DNA of 64,000 nucleotides. Source: Eledone cirrhosa. Lineage: Eukaryota. The position numbers and the translations under genes were made by a program. The first letter of the stretch is position 1; the number at the start of each line of letters is the position of its first letter. Location: contig OZ024740.1 of assembly GCA_964016885.1 (NCBI GenBank), positions 46,996,001-47,060,000 of the forward strand, written 5' to 3'. Below are positions 14,606-27,801 of the stretch, piece by piece. Under the pieces are notes generated by a model. That model saw only the letters and a list, made by a program, of their open reading frames with translations, was not told where the DNA came from and did not search any database.

Positions 14606-14812
14606 AATTGTTTCTATTTTAGGCACAAGGCCAGCAATTTTGGGGGACTGGAAAGTCGATTAAATTGACCCCAGTTCTTACTGGTGCTTTATTTTATCGA
14701 CCCCGTAAAGACGAAAGGTAAAGCTAACCTCGGTAGGATTTGAACTCAGAACGTAAAGGGCCATAATTCTCAAGCATGGTGTCTGACGCTCAACCGATTT
14801 CAATTTGCCACC
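14606..14812 (-). mobile_element. tRNA-derived SINE family 1
   Basis: Reverse complement of the family consensus. Confidence 0.8.
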
Positions 14813-14919
14813 AGGGCCCATTTATGCATTCAAAACGTGTTACAAAAGGGTTTACAGGTCGCGTGATGTACAAATATAGTCAAATATATACCGTAAGGAC
14901 GGAGTAAGACCGTTATATA

Positions 14920-14982
<63 letters not shown>

Positions 14983-16379
14983 AATGAATAAATTTCACCT
15001 GAATTTCTGAATTAGCAATTATCATTAATGTACACTGATTTATTAGAAGTAGGTTTATCTTCATTTATATTGTCACAATATTTCGATAGATGTGGCTTCT
15101 GGCTTTCTTCAAATATTTTCCAAATTTGGTACAGTTCTAGCATTTTCAAACCAAACTGTTTATTTAAATCACGACCGTAGATTGTTCTCAGCCCGTTAAC
15201 CATTCTTGAGATATTTTCATATTAGTTATTCATTATTAGTTTGTGATGTTGCTCGCTCTTTCTGTTTAAACTGGAGTACATATTTATCCACTAATCCAGT
15301 GATTGAACTCCCATACATGAGATAATCTTCACTTCATTTATCCACCCCTCGTCGCATATAACAGCAAGTTAATTTAGGTACACAATTTATATATATAACG
15401 TGTTAGTCCTAATTTTGGAACTCAGTACAGGAAAAAGCGAAGTTCAAACGTGATGGGATTAGTAAACAACAGAGTATTGCAAAAGGGTATGTTGGAGGGA
15501 ATATAAAACATGGTATTTATCGTGGTAAAAACAAAGTGGAATATTGAATGTACGCCAGAAGGAAATATAAATTCAGGAGAGAATTATCGAAGAATAAAAT
15601 GCAATGCATTATGCGTGGGTATGGAAACCATGTTTTGCGCGTGCAGATTGATATGGGTAGGGTAAAATATATAATTAGCATTAAAAAGAAATAACATTTA
15701 AAAATTGGGTTGAAGCAAAATATTTCTTGATTATAACTTATAAAATAGATTCTTTGTCATAATCCGTTATCTGAAAGATAAGTGCTTGTAAATTAATCAC
15801 TGTTAATATATGGTGTTATATGATAAATGTGAATGCTTAATATAAACAATCTTTTACATAAAATTGGAAAATAAATAAGCTCATCTATTCATAAAGAAAT
15901 AATTATTACCTTACAAAGTTTCAAAACCAATTCAATGAATTGTTAATTTGTGGAAAATTCTCTTCAATTCATGTCAGTATATTGTAATGGAAATGAACGA
16001 AAAATTGCACAACGCTCATTTACTCTCTTACTTGCTGCAGCCATCATTAAACTGTGTCTACACTAAGGCAATGATGACAAGGATTTTAGTCAATAGTATC
16101 GACCCTAGTACTAATTCCATCCTTGTACTTGTTTTATCTATCTTCATTTGTCGAATCATTACGTTGTATGACACAGAAACTCAACATAAAATCGACACCG
16201 GTATAATCATAAACATATAAATACATACCTACGTACACACACACAATATCGGCTTTCTTTAGTACAGTTTCTCTGAACTAAATCCCACTCAAAAGTCATT
16301 GAGAAATGCCTATATTATTAAAGGTATATAGATCCGAGATGAAAATCAAAATTAACTTCAGTTTATTTGATCTCGCAGT

Positions 16380-16560
16380 TTTAGAGGGGAAAGTTACAGT
16401 CGAGTAAATATACCCGCAGTATAGTACTGGTACTTATTGTATCAATTCTAGGAGGATAAAAGGATAAATGAAAGTGCGACAAGATGGGATTTGAGCTGAA
16501 AACGTAAGTAAATACTATAAGACATTTAGTCGATAGCCTAACATTTTTACCATCCTCTCT
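16380..16560 (-). mobile_element. Highly diverged SINE family 1 copy
   Basis: ACTGGTACTTATT...GGATAAAAGG...GATTTGAGCT. Similar old copies at ~7240-7440 (+), ~46690-46850 (+) and ~46920-47100 (-). Confidence 0.5.
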
Positions 16561-17635
16561 CCTTAACGTATTTTATAATGTTAATTCATAACATATGTTT
16601 ACTTATACGTTCTTTATCATTAATTTTAAAATGTTTCCTGTTTGATAGCTACTGGTAAAAAAAATCACTGTCTAATTAACTGTTGAAAAACTTTTAAATA
16701 ATCCCGCGTATTATTAGGTATTATGTATTTATACAGAAAACTAAACACGCGTACAATATTGAAAGATGAGACTGTAGCAAAAAAACAAAAAAACAAACTA
16801 AAAGACAAACAGAAATAAACAAATCAACAAAAATAATAAGCACACAAAAAATTAAGTTACCATTTATTTGTTTAAAATAGCTAAAATAATCTACTAGTGA
16901 TATAACTAGAAAGTTCAGTTTTGACTCTAATGTTTGCATCTTATGCAGCAATGCACGTACACCACCATTTTTTTTCCGTTTAAGCAACATATTTTGCTAC
17001 CAGTTCATTTAGTCATGATTATACATGTCACTTAAGAGGCATCGCAGCAAAATATAAAATACTACGATCCCTGTCCGTTAGTATCGTTAACATCTAAACT
17101 CTAATACATTTCCTGCTTCACCTGGAGAACGATAAACTTTTGAAATATTATCTCTGAAGCAGAGTTCAGTTTGCACCCATTCTTGGAGTTAACCAATTTC
17201 TTTTCAGCTGATTCATAAACTCCGCCTTTTCGCTTTTCATTCTTCTTTTTAGTTGCCACTCCCTGCTCATCAACGGTTCAGAAATCAGCAGCTGCCGCAG
17301 CCATACAGCGGATCTGGGGTTGAAAGCTATCAAAGGAATGTATACAGCTATCTCATGTCTTCTTTTTTTCAGATAAAAAAAAAACCTACACATTAAAGTA
17401 AAAACACAGCGTGAATGAGGTGTGCATGGCAATACATGGCATGATAAACATACATAAACAATAGCTAGTATAAGTAAACATTAAGAGACGAATAATTTAT
17501 ATAAACCCTTTTATATTTTGTAAACATTTAAACATTTATAGACTGATTCATTTCAGTATGATAGACGGGTATGTAAGCATGCATAACCGACATCTACACA
17601 TTCAAACAAATGAAGATACATACACAAAACGTAAA

Positions 17636-17723
<88 letters not shown>

Positions 17724-17749
17724 TATATATAGAGAGAGAGATGGCTTCT

Positions 17750-17782
<33 letters not shown>

Positions 17783-17785
17783 AAT

Positions 17786-17838
17786 GGCTTCTACAGGATT
17801 AGAACTGTTTCATTCGGAAGAAATCGCCAGGAAAGCCC
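17786..17838 (-). ncRNA. Isolated hammerhead remnant (A6G), related to 57118-57168
   Basis: GGCTTTC-CTGGCGA-TTTCTTCCGAAT-GAAACAG-TTCTAATC-CTGTA|GAAGCC, between (TA)n tracts. Confidence 0.6.
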
Positions 17839-17897
17839 TGATATATATATATAAATTTTAATCTGTTATTTTAATATATATATATATATCTACCTAC

Positions 17898-18423
<526 letters not shown>

Positions 18424-18595
18424 TCCTGTTAATTTTAGAAAATAGAAAATATAGGACCGATTTTGATTCGGGGATGACCCACCGATTCCGTGTTATTGCA
18501 ACGACTGGTTACCCCTGAAACACATTTCTCTCTCCCCCTCTCTCTCCCTCCCTCTCTCTCTGTATATATATATATTTATTAAAATAACAGATTAA

Positions 18596-18645
18596 AGTTT
18601 AAGCAAAGAATCGCTGCTTTCACCCTTAACGGGATCTTCTGAAAT
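18596..18645 (-). ncRNA. Hammerhead motif, U4A core variant
   Basis: Same motif as 3011-3061, truncated just outside stem I. Confidence 0.65.
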
Positions 18646-18696
18646 GTATATATTTATCGAGCATCTTTGGATTTTAGTCTTCATATTTATTATTAT

Positions 18697-18760
<64 letters not shown>

Positions 18761-18766
<6 letters not shown>

Positions 18767-19049
18767 ATACTTGGGGAGGGTCATATTGTTGTAATAATAT
18801 TGCCAGAATTAATAACAGAACACAGTCACTGTTTGGTTGGTTTTCGCTTCCGTATCTTTTATATCAGTTAATTCATTCGGTCCTCAATGTTACCATTGAC
18901 TGACCAACGGTAAAAAATACAGATATAATATAGACACAAACACATATATAGTCTAACAAAGTTCTTTCGTTGCACATCTGCAACATCGTCAGTGGTGCTA
19001 TTATGTTCCTCCTGTTGTATTGTATATCTACGCCATCTTTATTTGATCT

Positions 19050-19050
<1 letters not shown>
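18761..19050 (-). mobile_element. PLE clade-B 3' end/pLTR fragment with HHR at 18955-18996
   Basis: ACCA-CTGACGA-TGTTGCAGATGTGCAAC-GAAAGAACTT|TGTT. Homologous to 37440-37720. Confidence 0.7.
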
Positions 19051-19101
<51 letters not shown>

Positions 19102-19125
19102 GTTTACATATATATATATATAAAG

Positions 19126-19199
<74 letters not shown>

Positions 19200-19264
19200 G
19201 TTTACATATATATATATATAAAGGTTTACATATATATATATATATATATATTTTATTTTTGTTT

Positions 19265-19556
19265 ACCAAGATTCTTTATCTGAAAACGTGTGTTGAAACC
19301 GATATTGTTATACTTTGGGAGGGTCATGTTGCCAATAAGAAACACACGCACCAGTTGCTTTCACTTCAATTTATTATAATAAATTTATAAATTTAGGAAT
19401 TTATAAATTTCCGGTTGTTTGGTTGGTTCCAGAACCAGATGGTTGTTTATATATTGTCAAAGTTCTTTCGTCACACATTCTGTGACCTCTTCAGTGACTG
19501 GGGATTCTTTTCTTTGTTTTTTTGCCTCTACTTTGTTCTGTCCTACGCCATCTTGT
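19265..19556 (-). mobile_element. PLE clade-B pLTR fragment with HHR at 19456-19498
   Basis: Near-identical to 24773-25025. GTCA-CTGAAGA-GGTCACAGAATGTGTGAC-GAAAGAACTT|TGAC. Confidence 0.8.
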
Positions 19557-20300
19557 TTTCATAAGTACCATAGCCTTTTAAACAAAAACACTATTAAAAT
19601 CTCCTACTCTACTACGCCTAACATAGCATACTACATAGCTAGTAGCAATAAAAGAAAAATTAATTCTTACTTCCAGCAAACTAAATCACAACAGACGATA
19701 AACCTTCAAAATAACATTATAGCAACTAACCCTAATAACAATAGAAATAATAGTAATAGCACTAGTATAAACAATAACGCTGGGAACGACAACCCACATA
19801 ACCATAATCCTATAGCTACCATCCAGACTTCTACACAACATAATAACCGGCAGACTAACACCCAGAATAATTGTAACTGTAGATCAAATAGAACCTGCCC
19901 TTTAGATAAAAAATGCTTAACCAAGGATATCATATACTCATGCACAGTCACAACTAGCAACTCTTCTGAAACCTATATAGGCTCTACTTCAAACTGGTTC
20001 AAAACCAGATACAATTCGCACCTCAACTCTTTCAAAAAACACAGTCTAGCCAACTCCACTTCTCTATCTAGCTACATACACTATCTAAAAACTAAAAATA
20101 CACCATATACACTTTAATGGGAAGTGATAGGTAACGCGTCATCGTACAAACCATCTAATAAATTTTGTAACCTCTGTCTACTAGAGACCCATACTATCAT
20201 CTTCTCAAACCATAACCTCCTTAATAAAAAATCAGAAGTGTTCGCGTCTTGCCAACACCGCTTCCGACACGCCTTCCAAAACTTTAAACCCAATATATAA
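19557..20300 (+). pseudogene. PLE GIY-YIG endonuclease with Zn-finger linker and an Asn-rich insert
   Basis: 3' part of ORF 19419-20117, continuing in frame past a premature stop. Confidence 0.85.
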
Positions 20301-21776
20301 CACTGTCAGACTTGAACCCGTCACCACCTCTAGCAGCAATCATCAGGGGCACACCTTACACCTCATCTCCACACCCATTAATCCTCTTTAACGCAAATAG
20401 TGACATCCTCCTAGTACCTTTTACCTTGGAGATATCCCCATGTACTTCTACTTTTGGTATATTGGCCTTCAATTGCTTAGACTACATTACGCCAATGTAA
20501 ACTTTAAGCACGGAATTGGTTGTGCTAACATTGTCCTGTGTATGTAGTGCCATCATTGGATCAATGGAAGATTAAGTAATTAATTTATTAACATAAAAGA
20601 GCTATATAATCTATATGCTGAGTGCAATGAATTATGTACAGGTGATGTATGAGTTATAAATACATGTATGACTTGATGGTCAGATCAGTGTCTTTGTAAG
20701 TGAGAATTGATCTCTGGACTACCCTAGTGATATTTAACTTTGCCATGCAATCAGTCATGCAATGACCCAGAACTTACCAGGAGTCATATATAGAAGTGAT
20801 TCTAATAAGACCCTGGTAGGTCCTGCGGGTGGACTACACTTACAAAGATCATTGATTTGGAGATCTGACTCTTCATGTGGAATGTTCGGTGGGGGCACTC
20901 TATGATAAAAAGTATTCATCCTAATATGAACACCTTTAGTACTTCTCGATAGACTACACTGTAATTTATAGATAAGATACTTAAATTTAGAAATTGTTTA
21001 TAACCTTATATGATGGGAACTCATTTGAGACACCATTAATGTACTTTAGGATAATAAATTTAACTATAGAAATCAGCTAGTTACCTCCCCTTACGCATTA
21101 ACTCCCCTTAATCACACACACACTTCCGGAATATAATACGATGTCATCTCTCACAACAAAAACAACCTGATCTATGAATCGAATTAAAGAACGACAAGCT
21201 GTGATGTTCTAACATGGTTCACCAGGCACCCAATGTTGAATCATCGTGGATTGTGAGATGGGCATGTAGTCTATAAATTGCGTTTCCTGGATTGTGAGAG
21301 TGGTGGTGTGTATGAGGACAATGGTGCTGTTTTGCTTCTCATTTGTAATATTTTTGATATTTTTGGTGTTTCTCCACACACGGGCTTCTATATCGTACAG
21401 GTGTGTGTAAATAATGCTTAACCAGTTCACCCCATGATGCTCTTGATTGCCTGCTTTGACTGCTTGTTTTACTTGTAACAATCTGCCGCACTATAATCTT
21501 GTATAAATAGGACACGCATGCATGCCACACGTGTGACTGTTGCATACACTGGCTACTCCAAACTTTCCTTTTGCTTTATCTTAGTAGACTGCCAATGTTT
21601 TATTTTAATTTTAATTTTAATTATGTCCTTTAATATGACTGTAATCTTTGTATGTAAATTACCATGCTATATTATTATAATGGATGTCAACCCACTGTGG
21701 GTCAATATATACATATGTTTCTATATGTCTCTTGTGTTGAAAAGGAGGTCAAGTATGTTAAAAATCACTGAATAAT

Positions 21777-21823
21777 TGCTCCGAAGATTCCAACCCTCGG
21801 TTTGGAAGAAACAATTGTAAGCA
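21777..21823 (+). ncRNA. Hammerhead motif, U4C core variant
   Basis: TGCT-CCGAAGA-TTCCAACC-CTC-GGTTTGGAA-GAAAC-AATT-GTA|AGCA. Confidence 0.75.
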
Positions 21824-21855
21824 GATAAATGATTTAAACAGAACTTTGTTTCATG

Positions 21856-21915
<60 letters not shown>

Positions 21916-22258
21916 GTGTTTTGCAACGGGTCACTTTGTGGCTCAATGAAGAGTTAATAAATTAAATAATCAGAGCTATATATCATAAACATGTCTATAG
22001 AATCACCAGATAAAATATATACCATTTCCTCTCCCAATTAGCATAATTAACCATATAAAAAATCGATTAGACCAAGCTATAAGAATAAAGGCTTCTATGA
22101 AGAAATCTCCGACAAATAACCAAAATCAGCCCTTCGCGTCGGTTGCAACGGAATATTTATCGAGTATTTCGACAGCGTGTATAAATCGCTCAGATATACA
22201 GTCAAGTAAACAGAATTAGGTGTAAAATAAACTAGGAGAAAAGTGAACATATTTAGTT

Positions 22259-22336
22259 ACCTCTACCATGGTTTCGTCCGCATTTTAAGATATCCGATGA
22301 CATCGGACATCTAGAGCACCGGACTCTTCAGGAAGT
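22259..22336 (-). ncRNA. Canonical type-I hammerhead with extended stem II
   Basis: ACTTC-CTGAAGA-GTCCG..AGATGTCCGATG/CATCGGATATCT..CGGAC-GAAAC-CATG-GTA|GAGGT. Lies in a (TA)n-flanked remnant at ~21920-22415. Confidence 0.88.
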
Positions 22337-22414
22337 GAGCTCAAATTTAGACAATAAATTTTCCAAAGTGATCGCGCCAAGAATACATTAAAAAATGGCT
22401 AAGAAAATTTTATG

Positions 22415-22484
<70 letters not shown>

Positions 22485-23219
22485 ATAGGTACATACGCAT
22501 AGGTACATTTGCTAATACACAAATGTATATGGATGAATGTATATAACTACAATCTGCCTCGCTTTCATTCTCTCTCAATATATTATTAACCATAGTGCTG
22601 AGATTACTCTTTCGTGTAACTTCAAGTTTCATGAATCCTTGCTGCATAATAAATAATTATATTAATTCCTATATAAAGGATGCCATTAAACTAGTTATAG
22701 ACGATTCATTGTCCGGTTGAAGCCGGTCTGTGTTCATCTGGGGCAGACGAGAATTCCAGGGAAAGGAACATAAGATTGTTTGTACTAAAAATAACTAATA
22801 TAAATGATGTCAATGTCTCCACCTGCTAAACAGGTTTATTGGTTTGTAGTGACAAAATATTAAGTCAATTACATTAAGGGTTTTAGTTGTTTTATTTTGA
22901 TTCCACAGATAGAGATATAATACTATTACCTCGCAACCTCATATATTATGATAAATTTATTATGAGAAGGAAAGCTGGAGTCAAAAGGTCAATTATTTAT
23001 GATACTTTTGAATATTCCAAACACATTTATGCGATATATGTTGGCGCTAAAATCAAAGCTGGGTCACCTTAATGTTTCTCTCATGCACATACAACGGAGT
23101 CTTGTACTCGACACGAGAAACTAACTAAACACTGATTATTTATACAATACTCCTACAGCTTACAGCTATAATTTATATCAAGCTATGGTATGTGTTTATG
23201 TATTTAATTCTTCGTTATT

Positions 23220-23420
23220 GTTCTTGTCGTTTAGTACCAGATCTGACCTGATCCCAAAGACTTGTGAGATACAGTCGTTCCAGCTAGGACAATCATGTCT
23301 TTTATTTAATACATAATGTATTGAGGACTACATTATCCATAGAACTCTCCTCTTTTAAGAGACGGCTACGTGTGATTTAAATAGGTTGTGTTTATTAATT
23401 CTAGCCGGTTGTGTGACTAC
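23220..23420 (+). repeat. Old dispersed repeat (SINE/LINE-tail-like)
   Basis: GTTTAG..CCAG..CCTGATC..AGAC.T.TGA..CGTTC motif, also at ~36545-36740, ~49590-49680 and ~62030-62130. Confidence 0.45.
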
Positions 23421-23560
23421 CTAGATTAAAATACATTGATCAAGGATACAGTGTCAATGAAAGGATAAGAACCGTTGAACTTTAAGTCCCTAGTCAAGTA
23501 TTCGACCATCTATACCATTGCAACTTCACATTCTAATTATTATTATTGGTATAGTATGTC

Positions 23561-23765
23561 AGGGCGGTGGATTGGCAGTATCGGACACCATGCTTTGCAG
23601 CATAGAGTTATGGCCCTTTATGATCTGAGTTCAAATCCCGCTGAGGTTAACTTTGCCTTTCATCCTTACGGGGCCGATAAAATAAAGTACCAGTCACGCA
23701 CTAGGGTCGATTTAATCGACTTTCCCCTCCCCCCAAATTGCTGGCCTTGTGCCTATAAGAAACTA
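23561..23765 (+). mobile_element. tRNA-derived SINE family 1
   Basis: GGGCGGTGGATTGGCAG...GAGTTCAAATCCC...GCCTTTCATCCTTACGGG..GATAAAATAAAGTACCAG. Confidence 0.85.
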
Positions 23766-24678
23766 ATATTGGTATAGTATGGAGATGAAGGCTGAGTCGA
23801 TTGTTTTCGCAGGATTAGAAACAAAATAAAACGACAAAACACAAAACAAATAACAACAATAAATGGTTGCTTAATCCGTTACCTCAGTTTTTTTTTCATC
23901 GTATCCTTTTGTATCTATATGGTCTATATGGTCTCTAACTCTTTTCTATAATGCCTCATAGAAGGATGGAAGCTTCTATTATTCTTAGAATAGAGTTGTT
24001 TAGCCGACCCAGTTAGTAATACTCTGTTCTATTGTAGTCCCCGTGTGGTGTTAATCATTTCTCACTCAACCAAAAAGTCTGAACATTTTTGGATCTGAGG
24101 ATAGTGGATTGATTTCATCTCTGGTCATTACTGATGTCGAGTTCGAATGGATGAATACCTGGCCGAACACAAGATAATTAGGACATAGAAGGAAGAGGGT
24201 AGAAACAATATACTTTGTGACATCTAGTGCACCAACTGCTTTGTAATATTCATCGGACAATGAGATTAGTGTAGCTGGAGCATGGAGCCGAGTTTGTTTC
24301 GAGGTTCCGACTTTATATATTTCACTTATGTCTTTGAACAAGACATCGATGCAGCATCTACGAACGTAATACAATGAAAACGAGACATGAGACAATATGT
24401 TCCTTACCCAGTCTAGAAAGACATGCAAAGTTGATGTTTACATACATACAAAATATAAAACAATCAAATCTTAGTTTAATACATTTAATTCATTTAATTG
24501 CTGATAATTGTTTCTTCCAGAGGAATGTCTGGATTCATCGGAGCATACACAATGTTTAAACAGGTAATTATAATCCTAGTCTTCAGAACATTGATAAAGA
24601 TACATAACTATTGACAATGTCAGTGACATCATATGTATACATACATATAAATGTATACACACACACACACACACACAT

Positions 24679-24778
<100 letters not shown>

Positions 24779-24920
24779 ATACTTTGGCAGGGTCATGTTG
24801 CCAATAAGAAACACACGCACCAGCTGCTTTCACTTCAATTTATTATAAATTTATAAATTTATAAATTTATAAATTTCTGGTTGGTTGGTTGGTTCCACAA
24901 CCAGATAGTTGTTTATATAT

Positions 24921-24965
24921 AGTCATAGTTCTTTCGTCACACACTCTGTGACCTCTTCAGTGACT
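24921..24965 (-). ncRNA. Minimal type-I hammerhead
   Basis: AGTCA-CTGAAGA-GGTCACAGAGTGTGTGAC-GAAAG-AA-CTA|TGACT. Confidence 0.85.
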
Positions 24966-25165
24966 GGGGATTCCTTTCTTTGTTTCTGTGCCTCTCCTTT
25001 GTTCTGTCCTACGCCATTTTGTTTCTGTGTGTGTGTTGTGTGCTCAGTCTGCGCATGCGCCACATCCGGGTGTCTGTGTGTGTTTATGTTCATTTATTTA
25101 TTTGTTTATTTACATGTTACTGGTTGGTTGTTTGTTCTATGTGTGTGTGTGTTTTCATTTTGTCC

Positions 25166-26660
25166 TTAATTGTAAGTTGTGATGTTGCTGTTCCACTCAT
25201 ATTTTCTATTTAATTTTGGTTGTAATTCTTTTATGTTTATTGCCTCTGTAATTTGTCTAAACATTGCGTCTTTTCTGTGTGTAGATTCTATTTTTATTTC
25301 TATGTTCTCTAATTTACCCCTGTGTTCTATCTTAGCATGTTGGTAGAGTACAGATGATTCTTTATTATCTTGAAGGTCTCGCCAGTGTTCATTTATCCGT
25401 TCCCCTACACTACGAGCTGTCTCACCTATGTACACTATATTTTTGTCTCTACATTGTCCTTCAGTACATCTTATGCTATACACTACATTTCTAGTTTTAC
25501 AGTTAATATGGGGGTTTATTTTACAGGTTATACATTTCTTATCTCTACATGAGGGTCTTTGAAAAGGGTATGTCTTGCTAATAAGTGTTTTTACGGAGGT
25601 ACCTGGTCTTTCTACTATCTTAATATTGAGTTTATGTTTATTTAGGGCCCTTCTAAATTTGTAAGCTAATTCACCTCTAGGGGTTGTATTGATGAACATT
25701 ACACTCTGGTATTTATTGCTATCATACCATGAGTTTATTCTATTAGCCTTGTTCCTAGTTCTTTCTATTCTATTCCAAAATTTGCTCCTCTACAAGGGGC
25801 AGGTCCCATTTATGTCATTATTTACCATTTTTTCCCATTTGGTTCTGGCTCCTCTATACACTCTGATTTTATCTCTCTGATTGTAGCCAGAGAACTGCAT
25901 ACGGTGGATGAAATGTTGTATGTGTCTCTCTAGTTCTTCGGGGTTGCACATGCGGGACACATTTCTCATCACCCGTACCAAATCCGCAATCAGTATGTTG
26001 ATTTTGGTATGGTCCGAAATGGCCGAGTTTCGGTGGATCAGATGTTTGGAAGTCATGGGTTTGGCATAATGGGAATGGAGGATTTGTTTTTTGTTGTTAA
26101 TGGTATCTAACCAGATCTCTGTGTCTAGTACAGGTAATCGATGGTTGGGGTGTTTACTTGGGTAGTCTATAGTAACTCTAATGCTCTGGTGGATGGAGTT
26201 TGCTATTTGCTGGATGCTTTCCATTGTGTTTTTCTCTAGTTCCTGACTGTTCTCTAGTGGGGGTGTCTTAACTACGATGTTTATATCATCTACGTAGCGG
26301 GAGTACATTATCAGGGTTAAGGGGTCTTCTAATTGTTCTTTAAGTTTAAGTTTAAGTCTACTGTCCCACCATACCATGAATAAGTTAGCTATGTCGCCTG
26401 CAATGCTAACACCAATGGCTGCTCTTTCCTCTTGGGCATATGTTTTTCCATTAAATTTGAACATATGTTCCTTAAGGGTTAGTTTTATGCTGGCCCCTAC
26501 CGCATGTGCAATCATTTTCTTCAGTTCATCGTGGTTTTCGGGTGTCCGTATGGCTCTGGTCCACCCGTTCCATCTATCTGTGTGGGTTTTCTTGGCCATT
26601 GAGGTAATGGTAGGTGGTCTGCCTCTTGCTGGTCTTGTAGGGCACAGGTTGCTAAGGAAT
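25166..26660 (-). pseudogene. PLE RT/GIY-YIG ORF with a single premature TAG (25790-25792)
   Basis: ORFs 25790-26599 and 25166-25699 are in the same frame, and the intervening codons are open. Confidence 0.9.
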
Positions 26661-27296
26661 TAATATTCTAGTAACATATATATACATACAGATGCATATC
26701 AATGCTAGCAAATATATAGGTTTTGTCTTAGTAACATTGTGGTTCAATGCATGGGGTTGCAGAACAATAATATGAGAGACGTAAAATAAGAAAATTATAA
26801 AATTAACTTACTTACTAAAATATTACTTCCAACTAATTAGTTTCTGGAATGGAGTAAATATATTTTCCGAAGAAGACATAAGAGAAACATTCCGTCGTCA
26901 GGGAAGACTATTCTCATCTAAGTATCCAGGCAAAGCGTGGACTCTGGAAACTTATTAAAAAATAATTCAGTGGATAGGAAATAGCAAAGCGTGGACTGAA
27001 TTCCTAGCCATTGAGAAAATCACTGCCTCTGCGTCTGTGGCAAATTCAAAAAGAATCAATCACGTGACATCGAGGTCAATCAGTGGAAAGTGGTTTGCTA
27101 ATAAGACAGCGGCCTGCCTGCTACCATGGCAGCAGTCATGGCTAATATTGCTCGACAAATAATTTGGAGATAATTATAAAGAATTAATATCTAGTAACAT
27201 ATATATACATACAGATGCATATCAATGCTAGCAAATATATAGGTTTTGTCTTAGTAACATTGTGGTTCAATGCATGGGGTTGCAGAACAATAATAT
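26661..27296 (-). mobile_element. PLE-like pLTR with a ~113-bp direct terminal duplication
   Basis: 26661-26774 is repeated at 27185-27296 and the interval contains an HHR. Confidence 0.65.
26826..26906 (-). ncRNA. Type-I hammerhead, large loop 2
   Basis: CTTCC-CTGACGA-CGGAATG..CATTCCA-GAAAC-TAATTA-GTT|GGAAG. Confidence 0.82.
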
Positions 27297-27303
27297 AGAG
27301 TTT

Positions 27304-27601
27304 CTGACGATAGCTAATAAGCTTGAAACTAGTACAGCGTTCCTTTGTCAGTGTTGAACAAACGAGCAACGATGGTTGCTGGACACTACGGCTTAATACG
27401 GGATGTTTGTTTATAAACACACCGAGCATTATAATAAATGTTCGGTGAATCCATACATACATATATATATGTGTGCATGTATGTATATATATATACATAC
27501 TACTGTACGTCTGTATACATATATGTATGTACGTGTACATACTTATATTTAAGTAACAGCCGTACTAAGAGTGGGAAATGAAATTTCGTTTCATTTTCTC
27601 C

Positions 27602-27605
<4 letters not shown>
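27304..27605 (+). mobile_element. Truncated copy of the 446-bp HHR repeat, starting at the HHR core
   Basis: CTGACGATAGCTAATAAGCTTGAAACTAGTA, with downstream homology to 57560-57870. Confidence 0.75.
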
Positions 27606-27654
<49 letters not shown>

Positions 27655-27689
27655 AGTAAGTATGTTTTGAAACAGTGAGCGAGTTTGAA

Positions 27690-27779
27690 ATTAGAAAATA
27701 TATAGCTTTCACCGTATTTTTAACTAAAGGAATTTTTTAGCTTGATAAAAATACGGTGAAAGCTATATATTTTCTAATA
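27690..27779. repeat. Fold-back hairpin containing an HHR 3' half
   Basis: ATTAGAAAATATATAGCTTTCACCGTATTTTT / AAAAATACGGT-GAAAGCTA|TATATTTTCTAAT. Confidence 0.7.
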
Positions 27780-27801
27780 TATATATACATATATATATAT
27801 A

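Larger units (their letters stand above)
19557..21860 (+). mobile_element. 5'-truncated PLE (GIY-YIG clade A, long 3' UTR, terminal HHR)
   Basis: HKYHSLLNKNTIKISYS..CNCRSNRTCPLDKKCL..IIY..TYIGST..FKTRYNSH, one internal TAA, then W..CNLCLLE..LNKKSE..CQH. Confidence 0.85.

Noticed and set aside
15070-15118. Minus-strand TTGAAGA...GAAATATTGTG hammerhead-like remnant
   Set aside because: Mismatched 3-8 pair, broken stem II and a GUG site. Too decayed to call.
23561-23765. tRNA genes
   Set aside because: The A/B boxes belong to SINE heads. No cloverleaf with an acceptor stem.
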